Assembly (NCBI GenBank): GCA_963793095.1
Contig: CAWBYY010000004.1
Span: forward strand, 305,107 to 369,106
DNA: 64,000 nt
DNA from: an uncultured Chloroflexia bacterium
GTDB taxonomy: Bacteria > Chloroflexota > Anaerolineae > Anaerolineales > UBA4823
Direction: 5' to 3'
Shown: positions 9,380 to 19,655 of the stretch, in pieces
Numbering within the stretch: position 1 is the first letter of the stretch
Layout of the letters: the number at the start of each line of letters is the position of its first letter
Translations under genes and position numbers: made by a program
The notes under the pieces: model-generated
Databases searched by the model: none
Seen by the model: the letters and a program-made list of their open reading frames with translations, nothing else
Told to the model about the DNA's origin: nothing

Positions 9380-9778
9380 ATTAAACCAAAACTATTTTTA
9401 CTCCTGATATGCATTGCCTTGCTTTTTGTTTCCTGCACAACAACTTCTCCTGAGGCGGAAGCCCAATTTTGCCAATCAATGGGAGAATTGGGTGAATCTC
9501 TGGCAGAGTTCAAATCAGCAAGTGAGCAAAACGACATGGGTGCATTGCAAGCAGCCTGGGAGGATATGGTTGAAGCCTTTGGTGAAGTTCAAGAATCAGC
9601 CAGTCAAATGCGTGAGGTGAATTCGAATGACCTGGCACTTACATGGAGGAATCTAGAAACAACAGCAAAAGCTGCCTTGGGTGCCTCTAATCCTTCTGAT
9701 TCGATTGCAGGAATTGAACAGGCCTGGAGTAATGTGGAAAAAGCTTACAATAATTTAATCGAAGTGAATTGTAAATGA
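9380..9778 (+). CDS. Small helical lipoprotein of unknown function (start probably ATT at 9380)
   Basis: AAGGAG at 9368-9373, 6 nt before ATT; the frame reads IKPKLFLLLICIALLFVS-C (signal peptide and lipobox). The ORF track starts at an internal TTG. Confidence 0.6.
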   Translation: MKPKLFLLLICIALLFVSCTTTSPEAEAQFCQSMGELGESLAEFKSASEQNDMGALQAAWEDMVEAFGEVQESASQMREVNSNDLALTWRNLETTAKAALGASNPSDSIAGIEQAWSNVEKAYNNLIEVNCK

Positions 9779-9891
9779 TAATAGCTTGTATTAAAACCTT
9801 CACGATTCTGTTCAAAGAATTATTCATGAACGGATAATTTTCCATAACCGCAATTAAAAAGGCAAAATTAATTTCTTTTTCTTAAAAAATT

Positions 9892-10614
9892 GTGACCGAT
9901 CTCCTTTTCCATATAGATAGCTACCTGCAAGAATTTAATGCTGAAATTATTGGGTTAGCTGCAGACGAGAAAGCTGTGATTCTCAACCGGACTGCCTTTT
10001 ATCCTGGAGGCGGAGGCCAACCTGCCGACAATGGTTATTTGAACTTTAACGGGGAGAGGATCGCGGTTAAGAGGGCAAAAAGAGTTGGTGGAGATATACT
10101 TCATTATCTCGAAATAATACCTGATTTTCAAGTACAGGGGTCAAAAGTGCAAGGTCAGATAGACTGGGAAAAACGCTACCAGTTGATGAGAACCCATACG
10201 GCAATGCATGTCCTTTGCGGGGTGATTTTCAGGGATTATGGAGCATCCGTCACAGGTGGGGATATGCAGCCGTTAAAAGGTCGCATGGATTTTGAATTTG
10301 AGACCATGCGTAAAGAACTGGTGAAAGAAATTGAGGAGGCGGTAAATTTTGAGATCGACCAGGCCCGTGAAGTATCTGCCAGAATCCTGCCTCGGGAAGA
10401 TGCCTTCCAGATACCAGATTTAATCAGGACAAAAATTAACCTGCTGCCTGAAGGGATCACTGAAGTGCGTGTCGTTGAAATCGAAGGGTTAGATATTCAA
10501 GCTGACGGCGGCACCCATGTTAAGAACACCTCCGAAATTGGAAATATTACTATTGCAGATTATAAGAGTAAGGGAAGAATTAATAAACGAATTTACCTTG
10601 AAATATCTGAGTGA
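9892..10614 (+). CDS. alaX: Free-standing alanyl-tRNA editing protein (AlaX-M type)
   Basis: TAFYPGGGGQPADNG, MRTHTAMH and DIQADGGTHV. Confidence 0.92.
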   Translation: MTDLLFHIDSYLQEFNAEIIGLAADEKAVILNRTAFYPGGGGQPADNGYLNFNGERIAVKRAKRVGGDILHYLEIIPDFQVQGSKVQGQIDWEKRYQLMRTHTAMHVLCGVIFRDYGASVTGGDMQPLKGRMDFEFETMRKELVKEIEEAVNFEIDQAREVSARILPREDAFQIPDLIRTKINLLPEGITEVRVVEIEGLDIQADGGTHVKNTSEIGNITIADYKSKGRINKRIYLEISE

Positions 10615-10653
10615 AAGCGGAGCCACCCAATTTATTAAGGTTGGGCGATTAGA

Positions 10654-12024
10654 TTGAATTTAAGAAAGAACATAGTAATCTGCGGCGCTGGCATTGCAGG
10701 GATTAGTGCTGCCTACGCATTGGCTGTCCAGCATGGCATCAAAGAAATCCTGCTGGTAGATCAAAACCCGCCGTTAAGTCTCACAAGCGACCAATCATCG
10801 GAATGTTACCGCAACTGGTGGCCAGGTCCTGATGGCGCTATGGTTGGGTTGATGAACCGCAGTATCGATATTATGGACCAGATTTCCGCTCAAAGCGGAA
10901 ATTCTATCCACATGAACCGCAGGGGTTATTTATACCTGACTGCCGATTTCGATAAGATACCCGAGATTATCTCTGGTTCGCAAACGATCACAAAACTTGG
11001 GGCGGGTCCACTCCGCATACATCGTGAATATGATTCGGAATATTTTTCTAAATCCAAAGATCCGGATATTTCTCATGACCAAACTACCGGTGCGGACCTT
11101 ATCCTCAATGGAAAGCTGATCGAAAAAAATTTCCCGTTTTTGTCTGGAGAAATTGCTGCCGCTTTACACATAAGACAGGCAGGCTGGTTAAGCGCGCAGC
11201 AGCTTGGAATGTATTTGCTCCAATGGGCACGCCTTCATGGAGTTCAATTTCTGCAAGCCCGGGTTGAAGGAATTAAATTACGAAATCAGCGCGTAAATGA
11301 TGTTCTGCTCAATGACGGTACTCATATAACGCCAAATATTTTTATCAATGCTGCTGGACCTTTCTTGAAAGATATCGGGAATATGATGGGTATAGAAATC
11401 CCTGTATTTTGTGAGCTTCATCAAAAGGTATCCATTAAAGATCACAAAAAAATTATCCCAAGGGAGGTTCCATTGCTGATCTGGACAGACAAACAACATC
11501 TTCCCTGGTCAGAAGAAGAACGCCATGAAATAAAAACCGACCCTGATTTAGGTTGGCTGCTTGAGGAACTTCCCTCCGGTATCCATACCCGGCCGGAGGG
11601 TGGATCGCTCAGCGAGATTATTCTTATGCTGTGGGAATACAAATCAAAAATAATGGAGCCCGAATTTCCCATCCCGCAAGACGAATTCTATCCCGACATG
11701 CTGATTCGCGGCCTCCAGAGGATGATCCCAGCTATGGCTGGCTATTCTGGTCAAATTCCTAAACCAGTTATTGATGGCGGGTATTATACAAAAACACTCG
11801 AGAATCGCCCATTAATTGGACCTACTGATATTGAAGGATCGTTCATTTTAGGAGCATTATCTGGTTTTGGGATAATGGCTGCCTGTGCAGCAGGGGAACT
11901 GCTTGCCTCAGAAATCCTTGGCAAACCTCTCCCAAATTATGCACCCATGTTCTGGATGAACCGATATGATAATCCCGCATATATGAAAAAAATCGAAGGG
12001 TGGGATTACAGCGGTCAATTGTAA
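10654..12024 (+). CDS. FAD-dependent oxidoreductase, D-amino acid oxidase/sarcosine oxidase beta family
   Basis: VICGAGIAGISAA Rossmann motif, INAAGP, GGYYTKTLENRPLIG and LSGFGIM. Confidence 0.85.
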   Translation: MNLRKNIVICGAGIAGISAAYALAVQHGIKEILLVDQNPPLSLTSDQSSECYRNWWPGPDGAMVGLMNRSIDIMDQISAQSGNSIHMNRRGYLYLTADFDKIPEIISGSQTITKLGAGPLRIHREYDSEYFSKSKDPDISHDQTTGADLILNGKLIEKNFPFLSGEIAAALHIRQAGWLSAQQLGMYLLQWARLHGVQFLQARVEGIKLRNQRVNDVLLNDGTHITPNIFINAAGPFLKDIGNMMGIEIPVFCELHQKVSIKDHKKIIPREVPLLIWTDKQHLPWSEEERHEIKTDPDLGWLLEELPSGIHTRPEGGSLSEIILMLWEYKSKIMEPEFPIPQDEFYPDMLIRGLQRMIPAMAGYSGQIPKPVIDGGYYTKTLENRPLIGPTDIEGSFILGALSGFGIMAACAAGELLASEILGKPLPNYAPMFWMNRYDNPAYMKKIEGWDYSGQL

Positions 12025-12468
12025 TTAATTATCTGATACGAAATCTCTTATCCCCAGCAAGGCTAAACTGTAAGACCTCCAGCCGAATCCAGAGATTTTT
12101 CCCAGACAAACTGGTGAAATTAGAGATTTTCGCCGGAAAGATTTCCTGGAGTCAACGTTGGATAAATGAACTTCAATAACTGGAATTCCGATCCCAGCAA
12201 TTGCATCCCTCAATGCTACTGAAGTATGGGTATATCCACCCGGATTAAATACAATCCCATCTGCCCATTTTCTGGCTTCCTGGATCGCATCGATTAATTC
12301 TCCCTCATGATTAGATTGCTGGGTCCGCAGTTTGATCCCCATTTCTTCACACATTTTTAGCAGCCAGCTGTCCAATTCATTTAGGGATTGGGATCCGTAA
12401 ATCTCCGGCTCACGCTCTCCAAGCATGTTCAAGTTCGGACCGTGAAGTACAAGGATATTAATCATCAA
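12025..12468 (-). CDS. aroQ: Type II 3-dehydroquinate dehydratase
   Basis: LHGPNLNMLGEREPEIYG, QSNHEGELID, NPGGYTHTSVALRDA and EVHLSN. Confidence 0.97.
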   Translation of the reverse strand: MMINILVLHGPNLNMLGEREPEIYGSQSLNELDSWLLKMCEEMGIKLRTQQSNHEGELIDAIQEARKWADGIVFNPGGYTHTSVALRDAIAGIGIPVIEVHLSNVDSRKSFRRKSLISPVCLGKISGFGWRSYSLALLGIRDFVSDN

Positions 12469-14039
12469 ATACCTCCAGCTTTCAGGAATTCTTCGTCATC
12501 TATCTCGATCCCCCACTTAACTTCGCCTATTCTGACTGGCAAAACTGCTTTTAATTTTCCCGATACTCGTTTTTTGTCCACTCCCAGAGCTGATTTTATT
12601 TTATCTCGATCCAGCGATCCTGGAATTTCCACCCTCAGATCAAGGGCTCTCAGAGCGCTGGAAATTATTTCTTCCAAACCCGGTTCCCCGATTCCCAATT
12701 TTTCGGATACCCGGGCAGCGGCTACTATTCCGATTGCAACTGCCTCGCCATGTTTGATCGAATAACCGGATGCAGTCTCGATTGCATGGCCTAAAGAATG
12801 ACCCAGATTTAACACCGCTCTCTCTCCTTTCTCATAAGGGTCATTCTGAATCACTCTAATTTTTACCATCACCGCCCTGCTGATAATTTCAAACCATTCA
12901 TTTTCCAGCGCTTGTATCCCACTGCTGCACAATTGAAAGAGAACTGGATCGGCAATGATCCCGTGTTTCACCACTTCCGCCAGCCCATTTCGAATCTCCT
13001 CCACGGGCAAGGTGTTTAGCGTTTCCGGATCAACCAATACATAACCGGGGTGGTGGAAAGATCCAATCAGGTTCTTACCAGACGGTAGATCTGCGCCTGT
13101 TTTACCTCCCAGACTGGCGTCAACCATCGCCAGCAGGGAAGTTGGAAGGGCTGCCCACCGGATTCCACGTTTATATGTTGCTGCTGCAAACCCTGCCAGA
13201 TCACCCACTACACCACCACCCAAAGCGACAGCAGTAGAATTACGGTCAAGACCCGAATTTAGAAACCCTTCCCAGATTCGTTCGATTGTATTAATTGTTT
13301 TATATCCTTCACCTGGCGGAATGACTACATTATTTACAATGTAGCCTGATGCCCTGAGTGATTCAATAACACCTGCCAGGTGATAACGCGCAACATTCTG
13401 ATCGCTTACAATGCAGACTGGTTCGTTAAAGCCCCTGGATTGAAATGCTTCCCCAACTGACTTGAGGCTGCCTGGATTCACCCTTACATCATAGTCGTAA
13501 TCCTGCCCGTGGACCCGGAACATACCAATCATGATTTGAACTAATTCACACAACTTTGAAATATTAAATTTTGATGAATCCAGCTGGATTGGGAATGAAT
13601 CATAGTGATTTCTTCTCTCTACCAGCAAATCAGCCAGTTGAATTTCAGGATTTGAACTGACCAGCGGTCGTTCATGCTTGTCTTTATCCAATCGTTTTAA
13701 TAACACTTCGTAAGGGGAACGCAAACAAATTACTGGACCATTGTTTTCCACCAGAGAGCGGTTGCGATCATCCAGCAATGCTCCGCCTCCGAGTGCGACA
13801 ACCTGAACCCCTTCATTTACTGCTGAATTCAATTCTCTGCTTTCTAAATCTCTAAATCTAATTTCTCCCTCTTTCGAAAAGATGGTTGGAATATCCATTC
13901 CCGCAATCTCGGCAATTCTCCTATCAAGATCGCTAAAGGTGAGCTTCAATTCACGACCTAAATGCTCTCCCAGGGTGCTTTTACCCGATCCGGGAGGACC
14001 GTAAATGAAAATTTTTTCTTCTGATTGGTTCCCAGCCAT
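12465..14039 (-). CDS. aroKB: Bifunctional shikimate kinase / 3-dehydroquinate synthase
   Basis: N-domain GPPGSGKST, DLD, FRDLE and ALGGG; C-domain ALGGGVVGDLAGF, PTSLLAMVDASLGGKTG and LNLGHSLGHAIE. Confidence 0.95.
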   Translation of the reverse strand: MAGNQSEEKIFIYGPPGSGKSTLGEHLGRELKLTFSDLDRRIAEIAGMDIPTIFSKEGEIRFRDLESRELNSAVNEGVQVVALGGGALLDDRNRSLVENNGPVICLRSPYEVLLKRLDKDKHERPLVSSNPEIQLADLLVERRNHYDSFPIQLDSSKFNISKLCELVQIMIGMFRVHGQDYDYDVRVNPGSLKSVGEAFQSRGFNEPVCIVSDQNVARYHLAGVIESLRASGYIVNNVVIPPGEGYKTINTIERIWEGFLNSGLDRNSTAVALGGGVVGDLAGFAAATYKRGIRWAALPTSLLAMVDASLGGKTGADLPSGKNLIGSFHHPGYVLVDPETLNTLPVEEIRNGLAEVVKHGIIADPVLFQLCSSGIQALENEWFEIISRAVMVKIRVIQNDPYEKGERAVLNLGHSLGHAIETASGYSIKHGEAVAIGIVAAARVSEKLGIGEPGLEEIISSALRALDLRVEIPGSLDRDKIKSALGVDKKRVSGKLKAVLPVRIGEVKWGIEIDDEEFLKAGGI

Positions 14040-14042
14040 AAT

Positions 14043-15224
14043 CTACTGGTTGTTCTCCGGCCAGAAAATATGACCCTCGCCATTCAGAAAAATATCTTCA
14101 AGACGGCATTTTTTTAATTTTGCAAACCGGTCCTTGATCTCAGCCATATTGTCACCACCAAGTTTCTCAAGTAAAACATCCGCGATTGTAACCGCAACCA
14201 TTGCTTCAATTATTGGTACTGCCCGCGGTACCGGGCAGAAATCGGACCTCTCGTAGCGAGTATCGACCTCCTTTCCTGTATACAAATCGACTGTACGTTG
14301 AGGAATAAGGGTAGTCGCGATCGGTTTCATTGCCGCCCGCAGTACGATCGGCATTCCATTACTAATCCCGCCTTCGATGCCTCCTGCCCGGTTGGTCGGA
14401 CGGTGCAGAACATTTCCCCTGAGTTCAACTGGATCATGTACTTTTGTGCCTTGCAAACGGGTGTTTTCAAACGCAGGGCCAATTTCACAACCTTTAATCG
14501 CCTGGACGCTCATAACTGCCGCGCATAGCCGGGCATCCAGCCTTCGATCCCATTGTATGTAAGAACCGAGCCCGGGGGGTATACCAAGAACTATAGTTTC
14601 GATTATTCCACCCAGTGTATTTTTGTCCTCCATAACCCTTCGAATGAGGGTTTCCATTTCAATGCTTTTCCCCTTATCCGGACATCTGACCGGACTTTCC
14701 TCCGCCAGATCAATCCGCTCCTTTAAATCTACATTTTCTACATCAGCAGCAATATCTCCTATTGATATTACATATCCTCCAACCTTTACATTTAATGATG
14801 TCAGAAACTGCTTGCATATCGATCCTACAGCTACTCTGGCGGCTGTCTCCCGGGCGGAGGCTCTTTCTAACGCTGGGCGCAGATCGTTATAGCCGTATTT
14901 TAATGTGCCAGTAAGATCTGCGTGACCCGGTCTCGGTGCAGTTAAAGGAGGGATTATTTCGCCTTTCCATTTCAGGTGATCGCGGTTCTTTATAATTACA
15001 GAAATCGGTCCCCCGGTTGTTTTGCCTTCCATGTACCCGCCTATAATCTCAGCCTGGTCTGATTCAATTTTCATCCGGGGTCCAGCTCCATAGCCTTTCT
15101 GCCGGCGGGCTAAATCCGCATTTATTTTGCCTAGCGATAATTCCAACCCTGCCGGTACACCCTCCAAAATTGCGACCAGTCCAGGTCCATGGGACTCCCC
15201 TGAAGTTAAGAATCTAATACTCAT
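14043..15224 (-). CDS. aroC: Chorismate synthase
   Basis: RFLTSGESHG, RRQKGYG, PRPGHAD, ERASARETA, GGIEGGISNG, MKPI and RSD. Confidence 0.97.
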   Translation of the reverse strand: MSIRFLTSGESHGPGLVAILEGVPAGLELSLGKINADLARRQKGYGAGPRMKIESDQAEIIGGYMEGKTTGGPISVIIKNRDHLKWKGEIIPPLTAPRPGHADLTGTLKYGYNDLRPALERASARETAARVAVGSICKQFLTSLNVKVGGYVISIGDIAADVENVDLKERIDLAEESPVRCPDKGKSIEMETLIRRVMEDKNTLGGIIETIVLGIPPGLGSYIQWDRRLDARLCAAVMSVQAIKGCEIGPAFENTRLQGTKVHDPVELRGNVLHRPTNRAGGIEGGISNGMPIVLRAAMKPIATTLIPQRTVDLYTGKEVDTRYERSDFCPVPRAVPIIEAMVAVTIADVLLEKLGGDNMAEIKDRFAKLKKCRLEDIFLNGEGHIFWPENNQ

Positions 15225-15226
15225 AT

Positions 15227-16388
15227 CTATATCCAGTTTTGTAATCTTTCCATTGCTTCCACTATTCTTGCCAGTGTTTGTACAAGAGCGATCCGAATAA
15301 ATCCCTCTCCGTTTTTTCCAAATACAGTTCCCGGCGTAAAACTCACCCCAGTATTTTCCAGGGCGGAGTTAACAAAATCATCACTTCTTCTGCCCCCGGG
15401 TACTGGGCACCACACGTACAGCGTTGCGCCAGAAATAAACGGTCTTAAACCCATTTTATGCAGGTAGCTGATCACAACCTCTCTTCTCTGGCGGTATTTT
15501 TCATTTCGGGCAGTCCTCCACTGCTGGTCACCGGTAAGCGCTTCGACAGATGCCTCAATGATTGGTTTAAAATGGCCGCTGTCAATGTTTGTTTTTAATT
15601 TATAAAAATTTGAAATGGCAGCTGGATTTCCGACAACCGCACCTGACCTCCATCCAGCCATGTTATGCGATTTTGAAAGTGAATTGAATTCAACCGATAC
15701 ATCAATCCCGTACTCGCAGTCCAGTATACTGGGAGCAGTTGAATTGTCATCAAGCACCTGGGTATATGCTGCATCATGGCAAAGTATAAATTTGTGTTCC
15801 ACTGCTGATTCAATAATTTTTTTAAAAAAATCCTTCGATGCAGTCGCGCTGGTAGGGTTATTTGGATAATTGAGCCAAAATAATTTTGATCTCTCCAGAA
15901 TAACTGTATCAAGCTGTTCCAGATCAGGTAAATAATGGTTTTCTGGCGATAATGGCAGTTTGACCACTTCCCCTCCTGCAAATAACGCCGCTTGCTCGTA
16001 AGTTAAAATATGCCGGGTCAGGAACCAGCACCACGTCGCCTTTATTAATAAACGACTGGGTCAGGTTGAAAATACCTTCTTTTGATCCTAATAACGGCAA
16101 AACCATGGTCTCAGGATCCAGATTGACATTGTATTCACGCTTATACATGCTTGCCCAGGCTTCCCTCAGATTATTGGTTCCCTTATGAGGCTGGTAACCA
16201 TGCTCATCCTTGTTTTTTGCGTGAAGAATCAATTTATCAATAATGGATTCAGAAGGCGGCATATCTGGTGAACCTACATCCAATCTGATCACATCAACCC
16301 CGCTTTTCTGCATTTTTTGAATTGTCCTTCCCTGGTTAGCGAAGAAAAGTTGATTCAGATTATCCATTCTTCCAGCAGGTTCAATCAT
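15227..16388 (-). CDS. Class I/II PLP aminotransferase (DapL-like) inside the aro operon; one +1 frameshift
   Basis: LDVGSPD, LLGSKEGI, PDPAY, LNYPNNPT, HDAAY and EFNSLSKSHNMAGWRSG. Removing one base from the A-run at 16005-16008 restores PDPAYLTYEQAALFAGG. Confidence 0.88.
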
Positions 16389-16389
16389 A

Positions 16390-17307
16390 TTATTTACTCC
16401 CTCGCTTTTCGATCTCGATTGACTGACGCATAAATTCAGTTGAAGGTGATTTTCCAGTCCATTTTTCGAAAGCCAGAGCAGCCTGCTCCACAAGCATACC
16501 TAATCCTGATGTTGCGTATAAATTTTGCTGGTTAGCAAGTTTAACCAGTCTTGTGACTCCTGGATTATAGATCAGATCGTATACAAGCGCATTTGCAGGC
16601 AGATCTCTCTCATTAAACCACGGGCTGCTATTAACATCCGGCCACATTCCTGCGGAGGTGGCATTGACCAATAAATGCACCGGATGTTGTATTGAATTGA
16701 TTTCTTCCACCGAAAGCTTTATTGATTTCACTGCCCAGCCCCCCCAAAACTGATTAATTCTATGCGCAATTTCATTACTTTTTTCAACTTTCCGAGCAGC
16801 AAGGGTTACCTGCCAATTCTCTCTTATCAATCCATACACCACTGCCCGGGCAGCCCCGCCTGAGCCCAATGTCAGAGCATTGCGCTGCTCTAGACATCTC
16901 GGATCTGATTCATCAGGAAGGGAATTAAAAAAATTATTAAGGTCTTTCAAAAAACCGCTTACATCAGTATTGTCACCAATGAGCTTATTTTGATCCAGAA
17001 ATATTGTGTTCACTGCCCCAGTTTGGTCAGCAGTATCTGTGAGTCCATCCAGGTGTGTGATAACGGTTGTTTTATAAGGTATGGTTACATTTAAACCAAC
17101 AATTCGACCCTGTTTAACCTCATCCAGGATTTTACTCAACCGGTCTTCCAGGTATTTATCTGCTGGAATTGGATACAGCTTATATTCGCCATCCAGGTTT
17201 GTGTCAGCAAGCGCAGCGGTATGTAATTTTGGAGACAGGCTGTGCTCCAATGGATATCCAATTAAACCCAGTGAATAGAACTTCTTCGCCGACATAATCT
17301 GAAACAA
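16390..17307 (-). CDS. aroE: Shikimate dehydrogenase
   Basis: GYPLEHSLSP, GLNVTIPYK, GAVNT, GDNTD, GSGGAARA, DLIYNP and GLGMLVEQA. Confidence 0.96.
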   Translation of the reverse strand: MFQIMSAKKFYSLGLIGYPLEHSLSPKLHTAALADTNLDGEYKLYPIPADKYLEDRLSKILDEVKQGRIVGLNVTIPYKTTVITHLDGLTDTADQTGAVNTIFLDQNKLIGDNTDVSGFLKDLNNFFNSLPDESDPRCLEQRNALTLGSGGAARAVVYGLIRENWQVTLAARKVEKSNEIAHRINQFWGGWAVKSIKLSVEEINSIQHPVHLLVNATSAGMWPDVNSSPWFNERDLPANALVYDLIYNPGVTRLVKLANQQNLYATSGLGMLVEQAALAFEKWTGKSPSTEFMRQSIEIEKRGSK

Positions 17308-17310
17308 GAA

Positions 17311-18684
17311 TTAAGTAATTTGTATATCTGCCCCTAGATACTTGAAAATATTTACAAAATCCGGAAATGATTCTTCAATTACTTCTGCACCATTTACCCG
17401 GATTTCATCCTGGCTTGCCAGTCCAGCAACAGCCAGAGACATCGCCAGGCGATGGTCGCCGTATGAAACCACATCTCCACCTGAAACCTGATGGCTTCCA
17501 TCGATAATAAAGCCATCAGGTTTCTCTTCGATTTGGACGCCAATTTTGGATAACTCAGAACAAATTGCGGCGATCCTATCCGATTCTTTATATCTTAATT
17601 CCTGCGCATCCATAACCCTGGTCTTACCTTCTGCATATGCTGCAGCAACCGCAAAAACAGGAAATTCATCAATCATCCTGACAATATCCAAACCGGATAT
17701 TTCCATTCCTTTTAACCTTGAACTGCGAACAATCAGATCGGCAACCGGCTCATCGTTTAGTAACTGCTGGTTTCGAATTTTAATGTCTGCACCCATCTTC
17801 TGCAGAACCTCCAGTAATCCAATTCGGGTCGGATTAACCCCTAAGCCCGTTATTTCAATTTCAGAATCCTGGCAGATCAACCCTGCTACTAAAACAAATG
17901 CCGCAGATGAAAAATCACCTGGCACAGTCATCCTGAGAGGAGACAAGCCTTTATTTTCTGGAGGGAAAATCCTGGTAATAAAATTGCCTCCGGAAGGTTC
18001 CTTTACTTCACTTATATCATCACCACTGATCTTATGTATTTCCACTCCCATTGTTTTTAACATTCTTTCCGAGTGGTCTCGTGACGGTCCCGGTTCAATT
18101 ACGGTAGTCTCCCCCTCCGCTGCCAGGGCTGCTAATAGTATGCATGTCTTTACCTGGGCGCTCGCAACCGGGAGTGAATATTTTATCGATTTCAATGGGA
18201 TTGGTGCCCGGCTGATTTTCAAAGGTGCGCATCCATCCTTATCTTCAATAGGTACACCCATTTGTTGAAGCGGCTTAACAATCCGAGTCATGGGCCGTTT
18301 ACGCAAACCTTGCGATCCATCCAGAACAGCGGATTTACCCATTCCGGGTAGTGCTCCCGCCAGCATTCGCATCGTAGTGGCTGAATTACCGCAGTCAATT
18401 TTCCTTACTAGATCTTTAAATTCTGGTGGATTCTTCAGGATGCCTTTTCCAGATATTTTTAACGTGGTCCCTTGAATTTCCCATATGAAACCAAGTTCAT
18501 ATAAACCATCCAGCATCGCCCGGGTCACTTTAGATTTCAGAAAATTCGATATCTCACTTTCACCCTCAGCCATTGCACTGAACAGCGCCGCCCGGTGGGA
18601 TATAGATTTATCCCCGGGAATATTTAATTCGTTCTGACTGCTGAGATTTCCTTTGAGTGGTTTACCGGATTTGATCTTTAACAT
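17311..18684 (-). CDS. aroA: EPSP synthase
   Basis: PGDKSISHRA, CGNSATTMR, SAQVK, RDHSERML, IDEFPV, KESDRI and DHRLAMS. Confidence 0.97.
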   Translation of the reverse strand: MLKIKSGKPLKGNLSSQNELNIPGDKSISHRAALFSAMAEGESEISNFLKSKVTRAMLDGLYELGFIWEIQGTTLKISGKGILKNPPEFKDLVRKIDCGNSATTMRMLAGALPGMGKSAVLDGSQGLRKRPMTRIVKPLQQMGVPIEDKDGCAPLKISRAPIPLKSIKYSLPVASAQVKTCILLAALAAEGETTVIEPGPSRDHSERMLKTMGVEIHKISGDDISEVKEPSGGNFITRIFPPENKGLSPLRMTVPGDFSSAAFVLVAGLICQDSEIEITGLGVNPTRIGLLEVLQKMGADIKIRNQQLLNDEPVADLIVRSSRLKGMEISGLDIVRMIDEFPVFAVAAAYAEGKTRVMDAQELRYKESDRIAAICSELSKIGVQIEEKPDGFIIDGSHQVSGGDVVSYGDHRLAMSLAVAGLASQDEIRVNGAEVIEESFPDFVNIFKYLGADIQIT

Positions 18685-18726
18685 AAATATCTTCCATAAA
18701 ACAGGAACTGAAGCGAGTTGGTTTTT

Positions 18727-19617
18727 TTATCTTTTTTTCATTTCGGTGAAGGTTTGGGCAGCAGCTGTGATTATTTTTCTCAATTCTGAGTAATCTTCCT
18801 TTTCAAGAATAACTTTTATCTTTTGAAAATGATTTCCGTATTGATCCATCGTTTCTAAAATATTAGTACGGTTTGTCACCAAAATATCCATCATCATATT
18901 GATATCACTTCCCGCAAGCCTCCCGGTGTCGCGGAAACCTGGCCCAATAAGTATAGTTGACTCCGGTGGTGTACTTAAGGCAAGAGTGATTGCAGTTAAA
19001 TAAGGAAGGTGGCTGGTTGAAGCGATTAATTTATCATGCACATCCGCCTCCACCCAGACCGGAATCGCCCCTATCCTGACGACCAATTCCTCAGCCAGGT
19101 GGCTGGCTTTAACGCTGGTCCGTTCCATTTTTGTTAAACAGAAAGGCGCATTCAGGTAAAGATTGCTTTCAGCATATACGATAGAAGATTTGTCCTTGCC
19201 GCATATTGGATGTCCGCCAATAGGGTCAAAACGTGGAGGAAGCGTTTCAAATGCATCTACAATCCCTTTTTTTGTCGAACCAATATCCAAAATGACTGCG
19301 CATCCGTTATGAATTTCAGGCATTTGTTTTATTAGTTTAATAATCGATAGAACTGGCGCTGCCAGGATTACCAGGTCAGAATTGTGGAGCATATCATCCG
19401 GGTTCGCAGACACATGATCAGCCAGTTTTTTATTGATCATTGCGTCTAAAGTTTCCAGGTTAGGATCATAAGCATAGATTTTCTTGCATTTCCCTCGTAA
19501 AGCCATTGCGAGGGAACCACCCATTAATCCCAGCCCAAAAATCGCTATACGGGAGGAAGAAAGAAAATCCGATTTTTGCCTATCATGACTTTGTTGTTTT
19601 TTCTCTGATTCAACCAT
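18727..19617 (-). CDS. tyrA: Prephenate/arogenate dehydrogenase (TyrA, no ACT domain)
   Basis: GLGLMGGSLA, DIGSTK, GGHPICG, HD..IA..SHLPY and GPGFRD. Confidence 0.93.
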   Translation of the reverse strand: MVESEKKQQSHDRQKSDFLSSSRIAIFGLGLMGGSLAMALRGKCKKIYAYDPNLETLDAMINKKLADHVSANPDDMLHNSDLVILAAPVLSIIKLIKQMPEIHNGCAVILDIGSTKKGIVDAFETLPPRFDPIGGHPICGKDKSSIVYAESNLYLNAPFCLTKMERTSVKASHLAEELVVRIGAIPVWVEADVHDKLIASTSHLPYLTAITLALSTPPESTILIGPGFRDTGRLAGSDINMMMDILVTNRTNILETMDQYGNHFQKIKVILEKEDYSELRKIITAAAQTFTEMKKR

Positions 19618-19655
19618 CTAAGACATATCCAGGATTATTTTGTAAACAACAAAAT

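Noticed and set aside
10480-10530. AlaX with Asp instead of the Zn-ligand Cys (QADGGTH)
   Set aside because: To my knowledge a common AlaX-M variant, so not novel.
12465-14039. AroK-AroB fusion as a novelty
   Set aside because: This fusion is already known from several bacterial lineages.
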